Assembly (NCBI GenBank): GCA_052327205.1
Contig: CM126226.1
Coordinates: forward strand, 40,238,001 to 40,302,000
DNA length: 64,000 nt
Direction of reading: 5' to 3'
DNA from: Somniosus microcephalus
Lineage: Eukaryota
Position numbers and translations under genes: made by a program. The notes beneath the pieces are model-generated. The model made no database searches. It saw only the letters and a list, made by a program, of their open reading frames with translations, and had not been told where the DNA came from. Positions 34,666 to 48,494 of the stretch are shown piece after piece. Position 1 is the stretch's first letter. Each line of letters starts with the position of its first letter.

Positions 34666-36397
34666 AGGCTGAATTTTGTCGGTGCTCAGAGGGCAGGTTT
34701 GGAGGCGGGTCTGCTGTCAAAATCAAAAAGATTGACAGGGGACCGGTATCCCGCTCTGAACCCGCCTCTTTGTCAGTTTTCCAAGTGCTGTTTCTGCCTG
34801 CGCTTTGCAGACACGACACTAAGCGGCGGGTCATTCAATTGTGCTTGCTAGGAAGGTTTTTAAGTAATTAAATCCCCATTTTCCCAGTTCCAAAGCATTT
34901 TGCCAACTTTTCCATGAGGTTCCTGTCGCTCGGGGGTCACACCAGGTAAGTATGTCGGGTTCTGAACAACTCTCCATTTCTTTCAATAGGTGACAACTGC
35001 AAAAGTGGTTTAAAACCTTTTTTATTTAAATTTTACAGCTGGTCAGTTTCCAATCTCAGAAGCTTCAGCCTTCAGTATTTGGAACCCACTTTTGTGCTTT
35101 ATGCACTTTAAGTGTTTGGAATAATCACTCGATCCACTGTCACTTCCTTGGAACAACCTATCTCAACACTGACAGGTTATTCTGTCATCTCAACCTCACC
35201 TGCCATCTATTCCATCAGCATCGGTGCCCTTGTAAAAATCTCACCTTGGTCCTCAGAATCCCAAAACGACCAGCAGCAGCAACATCCACCACCAACCGTC
35301 TCCACAATCAACTGATGCTGCACTGGACACAGGGCATCATCACCCGTGCACAGTGCTGCCCGGGATGCCAGTGATGGACTCACCATATCCAGATAAGCTT
35401 CACTTAACACTATACACTCTGGCTGCCACATGATGCACCAGCACCATAAAGCATTCCTACAATGTCCAAGCTATTCCTTTCGCACTCATCACCATGGTGT
35501 GGATGGGGTGGGGGTGGGGGTGTGGGGGTGGGGGTGGGGGGGAGGAGGGGGGCGGAGTTATGTCTCAGCATTCACTGCAACTCACTAAGACACTTTCAAC
35601 GGTACACACAAATCTGTCCAAGAACGCAAAGTGTTGAAAATAAAGATTTCAATGTTTGACAGCACATTACCAGAAACTTCACATGAACATTGGCTAAACC
35701 GCCCAAGAGCCTACCCTTTTGTGTTGTTAGTTGGTATGCTTGCAGTAGGATGAGGAGTGAGGGGTGGCTAGTGAGATGGGGAAGTGATAATGTAGATAGA
35801 GAGGGATGGGTGGAGGTGTACGGTAAGTTGGTGTGAGTAAAGATGTACAAGAGTAGGGTAGGGAAGGCTGAGTGATGGGGATGTGGCATGGCAGTAATGT
35901 TTCGTGATCTACTGAGATCATTGAAAGGTTTGTGCCACTGCAGCCTGGTCCTCCCGACGACATCCCTGCTTGTGTCCTCCTGTGCAATGTGCAACCAGGC
36001 TGTGTTGGTGTCCTGGGGAGGTCTCTTCCGCCCAATGGAAGGGAAGAGAACCTCCCTGCATGCTGTGACTCCCTCCATAAGCAGATGGAGGGAGTAATGG
36101 CAGAGCCTGGGTGCAGCCGTGCACCTTTGTGCAGTGCTTGTCTGTGTTTGCAGCACCTCAATGCAGCAGAACACTGACGGCAGAATTGTCAAAATCAATT
36201 TGGGCATGGTCCCTTTAAGGAAACCGGCTGATAACGCGTCATCAAATAACGTCATCAGACCCGCTACCTATTAATTGGCCGGGAACCTTGCAGGGTCCAA
36301 TCATCGGAATATCTTGTTGGAGGCCGGGATCGAGATAGATGCAAGGTCCCCACACGCCACCCGCCCTGGACCCACCGAGGTTGGAAAAATCCAGCCC
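34666..36397. mobile_element. Internally deleted PIF/Harbinger transposon retaining a Myb-gene remnant
   Basis: TIR aggctgaattttg / gaaaaatccagccc (same type as the MITEs); Myb/SANT-like domain on the minus strand. Confidence 0.85.
35904..36120 (-). pseudogene. Harbinger ORF2 Myb/SANT-like (NAIF1/MSANTD-type) DNA-binding domain remnant
   Basis: APRLCHYSLHLLMEGVTACREVLFPSIGRKRPPQDTNTAWLHIAQEDTSRDVVGRTRLQWHKPFNDLSRS follows the APRF..L..V....LF....AW..IA....RT..Q..K.FNDL pattern. Confidence 0.8.
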
Positions 36398-38048
36398 CTT
36401 GAGTGGGGCAGGGTTAAATATCTTTTTGTCTATCGGTTTTAGAACGTAGAATGTTTCTAGATATTCTGGAGGTAAAAATTGCTTCAAAATGCTGTTCGTT
36501 TTGTAATAAGGCCAACACTAATACATTTCCTATTTTATAATGCACGTTGGACAAAATCTATAATGGGATAGATTCCAAGAGATTTTCAACTAATCACTAA
36601 AAGCATTTATGAATCACCGCATAATTTGAATAAAGCCCTTCACAGACAGACGTCTGCACAAGCTAAGGTCATAGTTCCGTATTGAGCAAGCTTTCCTGAA
36701 TATTACAGTCACCTCTACTTAAACCAGGCTAACCTTACATAACAGTCTCAAATGGACCACCATAGATTGCCTCAACGACAGATTACAGGCAAGTCCCCAA
36801 ACCCAGATAAGAAACATTTGTATTAGAGTTTAATCCATCAGTAGTTATGGCCTTATACAGTTATGGGTAAAGCTCAATTTAGTCGAGAGAATTTCTAATC
36901 TCTGAACCCACTGTAGATGAGGCTATCTGACCAGCACAGAATCTCAGCAGTTCCCCACTTCCCCCAGCATCAAATCAGTTATGTTGGAAAGGCAGGATGT
37001 ACTGTAACCAAAGGTTGACCTTTTAACCTACTGTAAATCTCTTTAAACCAAGCTTTTGGCATGATGCTGCAAATCACTATCTGATGCTCAATAGAGGCTT
37101 TATGTGGGATATGTCCTTCTAGATTAAACAATACAGTGAATCTTACATTGCTAATGAAGGGTAGCCAGTTCCAAATATTCAGATATACAATATTTAGTAC
37201 TGCCCACAAAATCTGATGCACAAGTCACATCCCCATAGTAAGGGGGATTAAAAGCAGGCGAATTAACCTATGCATTAAATTTACCATAAAATATATTTAG
37301 TGTTGCCTTCTTTGCTTTTACATAAATGAATGAAAGGGAAGCGTTAGGAAATATATTTTTAAAACAATACAAAGGCAACAACATAGCTGCAGCAGTTTTA
37401 TACAGCGGTTAAAGAAGCCAACGGCTTGATTGCACTTTACTCAACCAAGCACGGCTCTGTTGAATTTTATCAAGTGCAATTTTTGAAAGGTCCTTCCTTT
37501 CAGGAGGCCTCAAAGTTAAGGCCATAGGTAGCCAATATCATAAATTCTAGTAAGATGGTTACAATTTTGCACAGTGACAATAAGCTATAAACTTTGTTTT
37601 ACATAGCTTAAATGCTCAAATGTTGAATTTGAATAAATGTTACTGTTCCCAATCACTCGGAACTAGCTCCGCTCCAAACAGACACACATCTAAAGCTTTG
37701 AAGCTTCAGTATTAGTATGTTCAAAAAAGTCCCCAAAATAGTTTGTTCCAGCCTTGCTTGTCTAAAGCTTTGATTATTTGCTACAATGAGTTAAGAAACA
37801 AACTAGTGGATGATATTTTCACTTTAGTACTTCTCCTACAATCACGTATAGTATCTCAGGCCATTGATATTCAGATGTCAAGTTTTAGGGCTTTTTTAGC
37901 ATTAAACTGTGCATGTAAATAAGAATGAGGAGAAGCAAATATATAAACAAAATATACAATGCATTTCTGTTATATATACTGTAATAGGTCAGGATGTAAA
38001 AAAAAAAGCTGGGTGTAGTCACACTTGCATATTACAGGACTGATTACA

Positions 38049-38155
38049 TCATAGAAACCTAGGAACAGGAGTAGGACATTCAGTGCCTCGAGCCTGTTCC
38101 ACCATTTAATTAGATCATGCCGGATCTGTACCACAACTCCATGTACCCACCCGCC
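38049..38155 (-). repeat. CR1 3'-end fragment
   Basis: taggaacaggagtaggacattcagtgcctcgagcctgttccaccatttaattagatcatg. Confidence 0.75.
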
Positions 38156-38269
38156 TTACTATATGTGGAGCAGAACCTGGACAATTGCATTCATGGTACA
38201 TTTGCTGGGAATTTGCTTATGTTAGGAATGTGTATAAGTACAATCCGCTCTAATTAAGACTGTTGCCTT

Positions 38270-38660
38270 CACTCAGTGGGCAAATAAGCTATATTGCAAG
38301 GCCCCAGATGTGATCCCAGGTTTTGAGTGATGTGGGCCAATGTGGCAGTGGAGGAACTACAATTGACCCCAGTGTTCATGGGCTAGGGAAGTGAAAATGG
38401 GCCATGGTTCACACTCCTGGTTGCTATGTAGTAACTCTGGTTTTGTGTGAGTAGCAAGGACTGGACACAGCTGTGATTCCTCTTACAGTAAGAACAGGTT
38501 TAGGCTTGGCTGTGATGCCACCTGTGGTCAAACAGCCGCTGACGCTCGCTGTCTAGGTTCACACAAAGAATGGGTTACTTGGGTGCGGCACCAGAGTGCA
38601 AATTTTGTCCAAAACAGCATACCCAAGTAAGGAGTTACACCTTCAGGGAGGGAGAAAATT
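38270..38660 (+). repeat. Old SINE family A, near full length
   Basis: ctacaattgaccccagtg...gggctaggga...ggcttggctgtgatgcc...ctgtctaggttcacaca...ccttcagggagggagaaaa. Confidence 0.65.
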
Positions 38661-39544
38661 TTAAAATAAAACAAAGCAACTGTTCACTAAATTTCACCAA
38701 CACTCTGGCAGAGGTAGTTTTCTTATTCTCAAAAAAAAAATTACCTCCCTGTAGTACCTCCTCCCTACTGCAGCTGGAGAAGCTGTTAAAAGAGAAGAGG
38801 CATTTCCTGTGTTTGCTGTTTTTTGTACATTCTTGGCATGCTAAAGGGATGGACTGTAAGATGATCTTGGTTACCAGCCAAAACTCTGCTTAGATGAATA
38901 AAGGCCTGCAGACTTCAGAGGCAATGTGTAACGCAACCTTATATCACTGTGGTTTCAGCTCCACCATTGTCATTAAGACGGATCAAAGCAAGCTAACTTA
39001 ATACAATTTTTCGTAACTCTGGGGTCAGCGCATCAGAATTTGTATTTGCAATGAGTATCTCTGTCTCACCAGGTTCATCTAAAACATACATATTGTTTGA
39101 GACTGAAGCAGCCATGTCCCATTCAACAGACTTATAGTAAAACATTACAAAAGGTGTAACAATCATTAACCCTTAAGGTACTATTTACAGAGCTTGATCT
39201 CAACTGCATGGAGTTCTTGTTCATTCATCGGGTCAGGGTCAGCAATTAAGTGGTCCAACAAATAATTTTAAACCAATGATTTTGAGGGAGTGTATTTGAT
39301 ACACTTTTTATTTAATTAGATTTCTGCTATGTTAAAGGCGGTCAAAAAAGAAAGATACCAGCACACAGAGCACTTTTAAAAGTCCATGCATCTTACAAAC
39401 ATAAACTTACAAAAAATGAATCTATCAGCTAATTTAAAAAGTAAAAATAAAATCAGCTTTGTGATCAAATTTGGGGTGAGCAACCCTTCCATAAATCAGG
39501 CTTTGTGAAGCTCAAAGCATTTTATGGTCTCTTAACATAACATT

Positions 39545-39800
39545 TTTTAACCCAGGCTGACATGATACATTTTATCTCTGCCTAGCAGGGCCTGAAAGAT
39601 CTTTCTTGTGAATTTTGCTACCATTTTTATTTCATCCCTCTGAAGAGTTTGGCAGGTTACATTGTCTCCTTCGCAGTTTGCTTTTCCTTCTAGAAAAACA
39701 ATTTTCACATTTATACTGATAATTATGCTCAAATGGCAGCCGTAGAATTCCTTTGAGGGTATTAATCATTCCTTATCTGTGAACTACTTTAATCATTAAA
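39545..39800. promoter_or_regulatory. Candidate conserved non-coding element
   Basis: Unique complex sequence with homeodomain-type gataattatg and tattaatcatt and an aaatggcagc motif; conservation not tested. Confidence 0.25.
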
Positions 39801-40035
39801 GATTCAGTTGTATGTGCTTGGCAGAGTGCTTAGTAACAGCTTAACACACTTTGTACAAGTAGAATTTAGCAAATCATTCCATACAGCCAGTTATCTTGGC
39901 ACAGTCACACCGACAGTTAATCCAACAACAGTTAGAATAGCAACATTTTAGGAATTCTTTTTGTTTGAACTAGTCAGTCAGAGCCAGTGCTGACAAAAAG
40001 TGCAAAGCTGAATCAGGTAACAAGTAAAAATGAAC

Positions 40036-40420
40036 AAAAATCAAAATACTGCAGATGCTGGAAAATTTGAAGGAAAAACATAAAAGTATGTCAGTCAGCA
40101 TCTATGGAGAGAACAGACAAAATTGTGTTTCAGGTGTGTAGCTGGCCCGGTCTTGACAAAGGGTCCACACACCTGAGACGTTGACTTGTCTGTTTTATCC
40201 CCAGATGTTGCTTGACCTGCTGAATCACAGAATCACAGAAACCCCACAGTGCAGATAGAGGCCATTTCGGCCCATCGAGCCTGCACCGACACATATCCCA
40301 CCCGATCCCCGTAACCCCTACACCAACACATATCCCACCCTATCCCCGTAACCCCACGTATTTAATCCCCCTAACACTAAGGGTCAATTTATCATAGCCA
40401 ATCATCCTAATGTTTCCAGC
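40036..40420. mobile_element. Inverted Penelope pLTR pair with a degenerate hammerhead, interrupted by a SINE
   Basis: aaaatactgcagatgctgg...tttcaggtgtg, then flips to ttgacaaagggt..acctgagacgttgact...cagatgttgcttgacctgctga; resumes tgtttccagca after 40410. Confidence 0.7.
40224..40410 (-). repeat. HE1-type SINE, 5'-truncated
   Basis: Nearly identical to 16349-16535, including the 37-bp internal duplication. Confidence 0.9.
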
Positions 40421-40764
40421 AACTAAAAATGCGTTGACAACCCTAATTAAGAAAAAGTGCAAGTACTGTACAACTTGAACTTTTTATAATGGGAAAGAAA
40501 TACAAATGATAAAAAAAACTACGCTGAAGTTTCTAATACAAAGGTTACGTGTGTGGGAAGGGGTGAAGCCTGCGGCAGCAGAGGCCCGGACTTTCGTTGT
40601 AGAGCCCAGAGGAGTTTTTTTTCTTATGTATAGGGGCCTCCGTTGGGTGGCCGGTAGGTTTCACTGGTATGTAATGGAAATTAAAATCCAGAGAGATGTA
40701 TAACAGGCAGCTGATCTGATATTGCCCCTCTTACACAATCGCCCAAAGTCAAAATTAACCCCAT

Positions 40765-41260
40765 AATGACTGAAGGGTTGGCCACTGATGGTAGAGCAGA
40801 GGGAGCGGGCAACAAACAGTAAGCCAGAGGAAGAGGAGCAAAGGATTGCTGCTTGGACATATGGTTGGAGGAGATTGCTCAAGCAAAGTGGGAGAAAGCC
40901 ATGGAGGCATCTGAAAACAAAGACAAGGACCAGGAAATCAATAAGCTGGGGGACAGAAAATCAATGAAGCTTGGCAAGGATGGGAGTAATGGAAGTGTGT
41001 AATCTAATGTGTGAGAGGACTCGTGCAGCAGAATTAATTGGTGTTTGTGAAGGAATCTAGTGAGGGCATTTGTGAAGTCGCTCCTCAACATTATAAGGGT
41101 ATTGATTAAGGTTTCAGTACAAAATGAGAAAGATAGAGGTGTAAGCAGACAATGCTCCAAGGATGAAAAATTTAGTTTTAGTGACTTCATAGATGTGAAA
41201 TATAAGTTCAGTTTGGAGATGGGAGGGACTCTGAGACTTTAGATCACCTGAGCAGGCAGG
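40765..41260 (-). repeat. L2 LINE ORF2 C-terminal fragment, decayed
   Basis: TETLINTLIMLRSDFTNAL resembles the L2 ETLIHAF..SRLDY.NAL motif. Confidence 0.65.
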
Positions 41261-44233
41261 AGGGTAGTTGGTGGGAGAAGTATCAGAAAAACACACGTGT
41301 GGATATCTGGTACAAAAGCCTGCCTGCCATTACTTAATGTTTAGGTTCGCTCATGATGAGCAGCCATATGGGCAAAATCCTATGGGATGCTAGGTGCTGT
41401 GTAACTGTAACTCATTACAAGTGAGTGCCTTCAGGAGAGGAAGGGAGAAAAATGGGGATTAAGGAGAAAACAACCCTCACAAACTCCAGCTATATGCATT
41501 GTACAGAACACAGGCTGGAATTCACCTCAAGGATGTAGCTCAGGTACAGATCAACTGCCGAAACTTCCACCTTGTGATTTAAGATCTCATGTGAACTCAT
41601 GCTACAACGGATTAGAAAATCCAGAACTAAATCAAATGAATGAAAGTTCCTTCTAAGGGTCCGTTATCTAAAACAGTTTAACTTCTACCTGATACATGTT
41701 CCTTAAAAGTGCAACATTTTACTCAATATATTTCTGAGTTCATTCCCCTTAACTGCAGTGACTCTTTAACTTGCACTACCACCTGCCAATGCTCTACTTT
41801 CTGCATCCTTTATGCTTAAATAAACCTTTATCTTGCCCTTGTACAGTACCTGTTGGAGGCCAAGGAGACAGCAGAAGGAAAAACAGAGCATGCATTGATT
41901 CCAGCTTAAGAAGCAGGTGGCAGCCAGGTGGGACTGCGCAGTGGAAGCAACACCTATCTACCAGACTACCCTCCTTTTTTACATCGTCTGCCTTTCTTTC
42001 TTCTGCCCAATGCCTGTTTGTTCAGAACATGGCCCAGTTGTAGGCACACCATCTGTTTAATCAACAGACTACACAATATGGCGACACAGCACCTTAAAAG
42101 GGTGTCGTTGCTACAACATTTTGCTAAAATACAGCCGGGTTATAATGAAATTTCAGCATAGTAGCAAAATGCTGCTTTTGTTTTGGGAGGGTGCTTTTCA
42201 CAATATTACCTGCCGGACTTCTCCCATAGCCAGAATTAACTGCTCTGAGACTTCAGTGCAAAAGCAATCATATTATTTTTGTAGCTGTAGATATTGATTC
42301 CATAAATCTTTATTATATGTTTGTGTATATTTATACAAGTGTGCAAGCATGCTCTATATAACATACATGTGCTGTATTGGAGTGGTTAATTGCTCCAATT
42401 ATTCTACAAGTGTGACAGACAACAATTCCCGATTACTGTAGGGTTTTTCTCATGAGTGGAATAAATTGAGTTGCACACAACTCCCACTAGGAGTTAATAT
42501 TTTAATTTTTATACACAAGTTACTGTATAAATGTGGGAAAATATGGTTGAAACATTAACATGTACAGTGAAATGAAGAAGGCATCATAGAGTTCATAAGG
42601 AGATTTTGAATACTTTGATAGTGGTACAGTGCAATTAATGGGACCATGACAGTACATGATAGGCAGCTTGAGTGATATTTTCCACTTGCCTAATATCTAA
42701 TTATTATTTTCACTGTTGAGAAAGGTCACTTTTGGAGACTTGGAAAGTGCACTAACAGTTAAGTAGTATTTCTAGCCCAGAGGTTATCATGAAATTCAGG
42801 AACACCTAAAAATCTGTAGCATGGTGTATTTTAATGATCTACCTAAAAACATCTTTTTCAATCTTTTGGATTTGTCAACAACTAATAACATTCATATTTG
42901 CAGTATCTTATTGAAACACGGCTGCATGACACTTTAGTCTACTGGGTTTCAGCTGTACTGCTGCTTTCTCCTCTCCACACCACCCGCTGCACCCACCCCC
43001 ACCCCACTAAGCCTCACTACCACACAGATAAAAATCTTCTGAACAATTACTCTAATTGCAAAAGGAGGCTTCTGAAAATGCAACTTCTGGGAGTAGACTG
43101 CAGTAGACATAAACAACGATAAGGGACTGGAAAAACAAGTTTTAATTACAGACGCTTTTACATAACTACTCTTTTTTTTCCTTCCAGTTTTATTACCCTA
43201 GGGCAAAGGCACTCCATCCATGCAAATATCAAGCAAAGGGAGCCCTGTACTGAGTCTACACTGTGGCATCCAGTTTGAAAATTCCTCTGTTCTATTTCCA
43301 GGCAAGGTCACATAGAAAGGGCATGGAAATCAGCCAATAGTTTAGAGATAGAGGCACTGGTGAGGAACTCATAATAAGTTTCAGCAGTCTAGCCAGCAGG
43401 CTGGAGGCCCAGACTGCAGCAATTCTATCTCCTACACTCCCCCCTCTCTTCCTGACTTCAAGTACAACCAGCAGCATAGCTGCAGCTGCAGCTGCAGCCT
43501 GGGGTCTCGTGGTCTGTGGAGCTTGTGATCCCTCGGAGATATCTAGGATTATTCTAGCTGTAGGGGGAATCTGAAGAAAAATGCAAGTTTGCACAACTTC
43601 CAAAACTTAATATGGTCTTAGAAAAATGCAATGAACAGCTGTATTTTAATTTGGATGTACATTTTCCCTATAATTATAACCTATCTACTTTGGTCAAATA
43701 AAAATACCTTACAGTCTACTTAATTCTACCATAATAATTATTTACCATAATTTCAGGAGTGGGGCTAGCATAAAGCGAATGATACAATATTACCCTTGGT
43801 TTTATACACTGTAATATACAGCAAATTAAGCTATCTTCTAAATAGAGAACATATTGTGGAAAAAGCAAAAACAAATCTTGTAATATCCTTCTCCTGGTCA
43901 GCATTTGGTGTAGTTTTGCTCTCCATGTATTTGTATCTATAACAAAAGTTCATCACCTTTTCACATAATGCTTGAAACGGACAGCACTTGGAAACTCAAA
44001 GCACACAGAGAACTGCAATTTCCTACTTAGTATGATGTACATTTTCCACCAAAACACTTATTTTGCAAACATCAAATATCTAGAAAGAATTAAAGGCAGT
44101 GGTACAATTGAGGGGTTTAAATAGTGCTATTAAACCACTCATGTTTCAATTGTGCAGTTCATGCACCTTTTTTTTTACCTCTACTCAGAATCCATTCTTC
44201 TTCCTAGAAAGAGAAAAAAAACTGCACATTGAA

Positions 44234-44380
44234 CAAAACAGAAAATGCTGGAAGTAATTAGCAGGTCAGTTAGCTTCTGGAAAGAGAGAGAAAAGACAGG
44301 TTAACATTTCAGGTGTAACCCTTCATTGAGATTAGAGACCGACTGAACCTCAATGTATTTCCAGCATTTTCTGGTTTTGC
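44234..44380. mobile_element. Inverted Penelope pLTR remnant
   Basis: aaaacagaaaatgctggaa...gttaacatttcaggtgtaacccttcat, then tttccagcattttctggtttt (inverted copy of the start). Confidence 0.7.
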
Positions 44381-45436
44381 TCCATTCTTCATTATAATCA
44401 GTATATATGTCAACATTTAATTTTAATTGGTGTTCTATTAATATACCATGATTAGTAGATTTGATTTCTGAAAGGCTTATTGTCCAACCTTATTTTGAGA
44501 GTCTGTTACCCTCTAACAAAAGTCAGGTGGCCCTTTTCCCCCTAATCTCTCCCCTCACAGGTCCTCCCCAGGCAACATGCTTCTGAGGATGAGGTGGGGT
44601 AACCCTTCCAACTTTCCTTCCTCTTGTGGGCAAATGCAGAATCTTTGCCAAGTGCCTTCCATGCTCTGTAGTGCAGTATGGGCTCAAACCTGCTATCAGC
44701 AAATTTTTCACTCTCATCTTTCAAAAAGTTCTCAGGGTTTAGATTTAAAGCAGTAATGACATAGGTTTCCTCTATAGGCCCAAAACAACAATTCTTGTTA
44801 CAACAAAGCTGTCATTAAAGGCAGCTTTTGCCAAACACATTGATCTACTTTCACTGCACCATCTGGTTGCTTTTAGTCCAACATTTAAAAAAATACATGG
44901 TTGCAGGAGACATCGCCTTCCTTATTATTGGTTGTTGTCAACACAATTGTTGTGCTTTGAATTTTTTTTTACAAAATGAGGATCATGCAAAAGCTTTTAA
45001 AAGTTGCTGTGTTCACTTTAAACTGACACAGAATTTGCTAGATTCCACTCAGCCAACCAAAGGGTTCTTTGTACTTCAAATGGCTTTTAATCAGGCCTAG
45101 TAGATTCTCATGGCACAGGCTGATCAGAGCATGAATGTAATTGACGAGCAAGCCTGGGAACAGGCAAGGATGTCGTCATGGTGACGGTGTCTGAATGACA
45201 GCCATGCAACACCTTTATCTAGATTGCCTATGCACAAAGTAACATGATGTTGTCAATGCTCATCTAGGACCCGGTCATTGAATATACTAATAGGACCCAA
45301 TGGGACTTCTTCTATTAGCACCCACTGATACAGGTCCAATATCCAGGTCTTCCAGTAGTCTGTTATTATGATGCTGTTAACTCAGTTTTATCAAGCTTTG
45401 CGTTACTATGCACCGAGTCTAGATTGTTGAGATGAT

Positions 45437-45565
45437 AGCAAAATACTGCAGATGTTGGAAATCCGAAATAACAACAGAAAATGCTGGAAAAACTCAGCAA
45501 GTCAGGCAACATCCGTGGAGAGAAATTTGAGTTGACGTTTCGGGTTTGACCCTTCTTCAAAGACT
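45437..45565 (-). mobile_element. Penelope pLTR with a near-intact hammerhead
   Basis: pLTR as at 6040; minus strand UUGAAGA-A-GGGU-caa-ACCC-GAAAC-GUC-AACU. Confidence 0.8.
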
Positions 45566-48014
45566 TGGGCTGTATCCCACAATACCTAAATGAACGTTAA
45601 CTGGAGCATCTAAAAGAGGAAGGAAGAAATAAACTTGGACTCAGGAGAGTCATAACAAGGTGCGCCTCCGAGCAGCTGATCCAATCATTTTTGTTTTTGA
45701 ACTATGGTGGAAAACCTATGTCAGTAAAGAGCTTTCAACCAAAGAATATTGATTTTGTCATTTAAAAACACAATAGAGGCTTTGGTACTAAAAAAAAAAT
45801 TCCATTAATTTTTGGGCTGTAACACTAACATTTTAAATATATTTGCTGCTTTACATATTGTTCTAGGTTAAGAAAATGTCATGAAATTGTACGTTAAATT
45901 TTACAATCAATCCAAGTCATCTGCAATATACAGTGTATCTTTCCAAAATAAAACTACGTACATTTCAAATTTTTCTGATGCAAAACAGCACATCACGCTG
46001 TGTGGTTTTATAAGCATATTTAAAGCATGCGTGGAAAAGGACAAGCAGAAACAAATTGTTACAAATTGAAATATAAATTGCTTTTTTCTTTTCCGTAGCC
46101 TCAACTGTCAGCTAGGTACATCAGCTGCCCCAATGTAGCTATAAAATTTTGGGTTGTTATTGAACCGACAATTTCAACTGCAATTCCTGTAAGCGGACCT
46201 TGTTCACTATGATTGAGAAACTGTATCTTTTTTGTAATCTGCCCCTACAGAGGTGCATGACCCACAGGATTAACCATTACCCTATTTGGAGATATCTTGT
46301 ACTGCACATAACTGTAGTCTCACATGATGATACTGCTCTCTTTGAACTGGTATCAAATGTAAATGCAATAACTTATGCCCACAAAGCAATATTTTTAATT
46401 TTCAGTGACCTCTCCTAAAGCAGTGAAATGCACTGTCCATTTTGGTTCAAAAAAATGCTTACTAATCCACTGCCATAGCAACTTCCCCTCACTCGCATCC
46501 TCCCCCAGCACACACTTTTGGTCCACAATTCCAGTTTTAACTATTTGAACCACACAAAGACAAGTTAACAATCAATTCATTACAATCTCATATCAAAGCT
46601 AATACAGACATTTTTGCAGGTCAGCTGAACTTTATTCACACATTATCAGACAAATACAATCCTCAACTCATTTTGGATACAGAAAATGCTGCTTCTCTCC
46701 TTAATAGTCATTATCATTTTAAAACACATTAAACTAATAGGAGCAAATTACATCTCATTTTTAACTCTTGAAAGCATCACATTATTTGTCCAGTATTTTA
46801 CATGGACATGAGATCTATGCATTTGCAACTATTGCATTCAACTCCCCAGACCAGCCCATCAACTTTACATGGGAATCTGAAACTAGAAAATGAAAAGTCA
46901 CCAGTGTACTTTTAACAGTTACACAGACTGCCAATCCTCTGAAATCACTGTTGAATGGGGTGAACTCCAGAGTTCAAGGCAGCCACAGTACCCAAAAGAG
47001 CCACTTCAAGTAGGTAAAATCTTTCACTCTGCCAGCCTCAATTCCCAGGTACAATGCAGATGGAATCAATTATTACCATTCAGTCATAGCTTCTGCTACT
47101 GTTTTGAGCTTCTGGTTTTTTTTGGTCTTTCCCTCCCACCCCACCCAAAAAAATCTGTCTCGTGTAAAAGCAGAGATCTGTGCACGGCCATTGATATACG
47201 GAATAGGACAATTGGTTAAGACTTTGTCACACATTAGAGCATCTCATAAGCCTTGGCTGTCCTCAATTGAGTTTCAACACAGTGTTCAGCCAATCAGAAT
47301 GTTGTTTTCAAACACTGATCAAATTTCAAAGACGACATTTTTCTACTTCAGGAGTGGCTAGCCCTAATTTAAAGTCTGTTGACACTTCAAGCACCATGAC
47401 AGTCACGTCCATTGCTCTAATGAGTCAAGATTTCTGTTAAGTCTAGTGAAGGTCATGACCTATGCCTCCTATTCAGAAGCCCAAGGGTCCCACGCACCTT
47501 ATACTGCCCTTTCTTCATGAATAGCCCTCTTCCAAAAAATAGTTTGGTACTTAAAAGCGCAGTAACTTTTTTCTAGGATGCTGAACACAACTCCATAAGT
47601 ATTTTAGCCAACAAAGTAACACATTTTCAATATACTTGACATTGTGTATTGTGTGAAAGTCACCTAAAGTATGACTACAGAAGTTTAGCAACTGCACAAA
47701 GGCCAAATTACAATACATCTTTTTGAGAAACAGACTAACAATATTCCTTCTTTTCAGCTCACACTGCACATCAAGTTTGCATTTAAAAATAAGCCTCTGC
47801 CTCATATTGATTCAACATGCCTTTGCACTGCTTCTCAGTGATTGTTTAAAAAGAGATGGTTTTTAGTACTTGCTGTCATTTCCTAGAAATGTCTTAAATG
47901 TCTAAAAAAATCCAATAAAGACCAAGTGAAAAACAGCTTTTCTGGCCTGTACAGGAGCCTTCAGCAAATTGACACTCTGAAAAGATGGTTGCTTCAATCA
48001 GAAATGAAGAATAA

Positions 48015-48135
48015 GAACTTCTTCTTTGAATAGTGCCGTGGGATCTTTCACGTCCACCTGAGTAGGTAGGTGGGGCATCGGTTTAACATCTCGTCCAAAA
48101 GGTGGCACCTCCAACAATGCAGCATTCCCTCAGTT
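48015..48135 (-). repeat. DeuSINE Deu-domain fragment
   Basis: gaatagtgccgtgggatctttcacgtccacctgag...ggtttaacatctcgtcc...cacctccaacaatgcagca, homologous to 9105-9215. Confidence 0.75.
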
Positions 48136-48494
48136 ATAACAGTATATTCAGCAAGATTTAAAGAAAGCAAAATATAACTTGCTTCAGTTATGAGTACACA
48201 ATTTCATACATTATATATTCGCTAATTATTTATGTTGCATATATTGAAATCCTATTTTAGGCCAGACTTTAAGGTACAATATATTATTCTTAGGAATTAG
48301 CAGCCTGCAGACCAGATAGTCTTCATTGATAAGAACCTAAGAGTCAGGGATGAGAAAAGACCATTGAGCCGATCAAAGCTCACCCTTCAAGTTAATACAC
48401 ACTCCAATCATTGTATCTAACTCATTGAAACCTTTTACTCTTTTTATCCTAAGCAATCATCTTGAACAGCTCAAAAACTTTGATGGAAGATTAT

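Noticed and set aside
43292-43603. ORF with a poly-Ala tract
   Set aside because: Produced by a short (GCAGCT)n repeat; no other coding signal.
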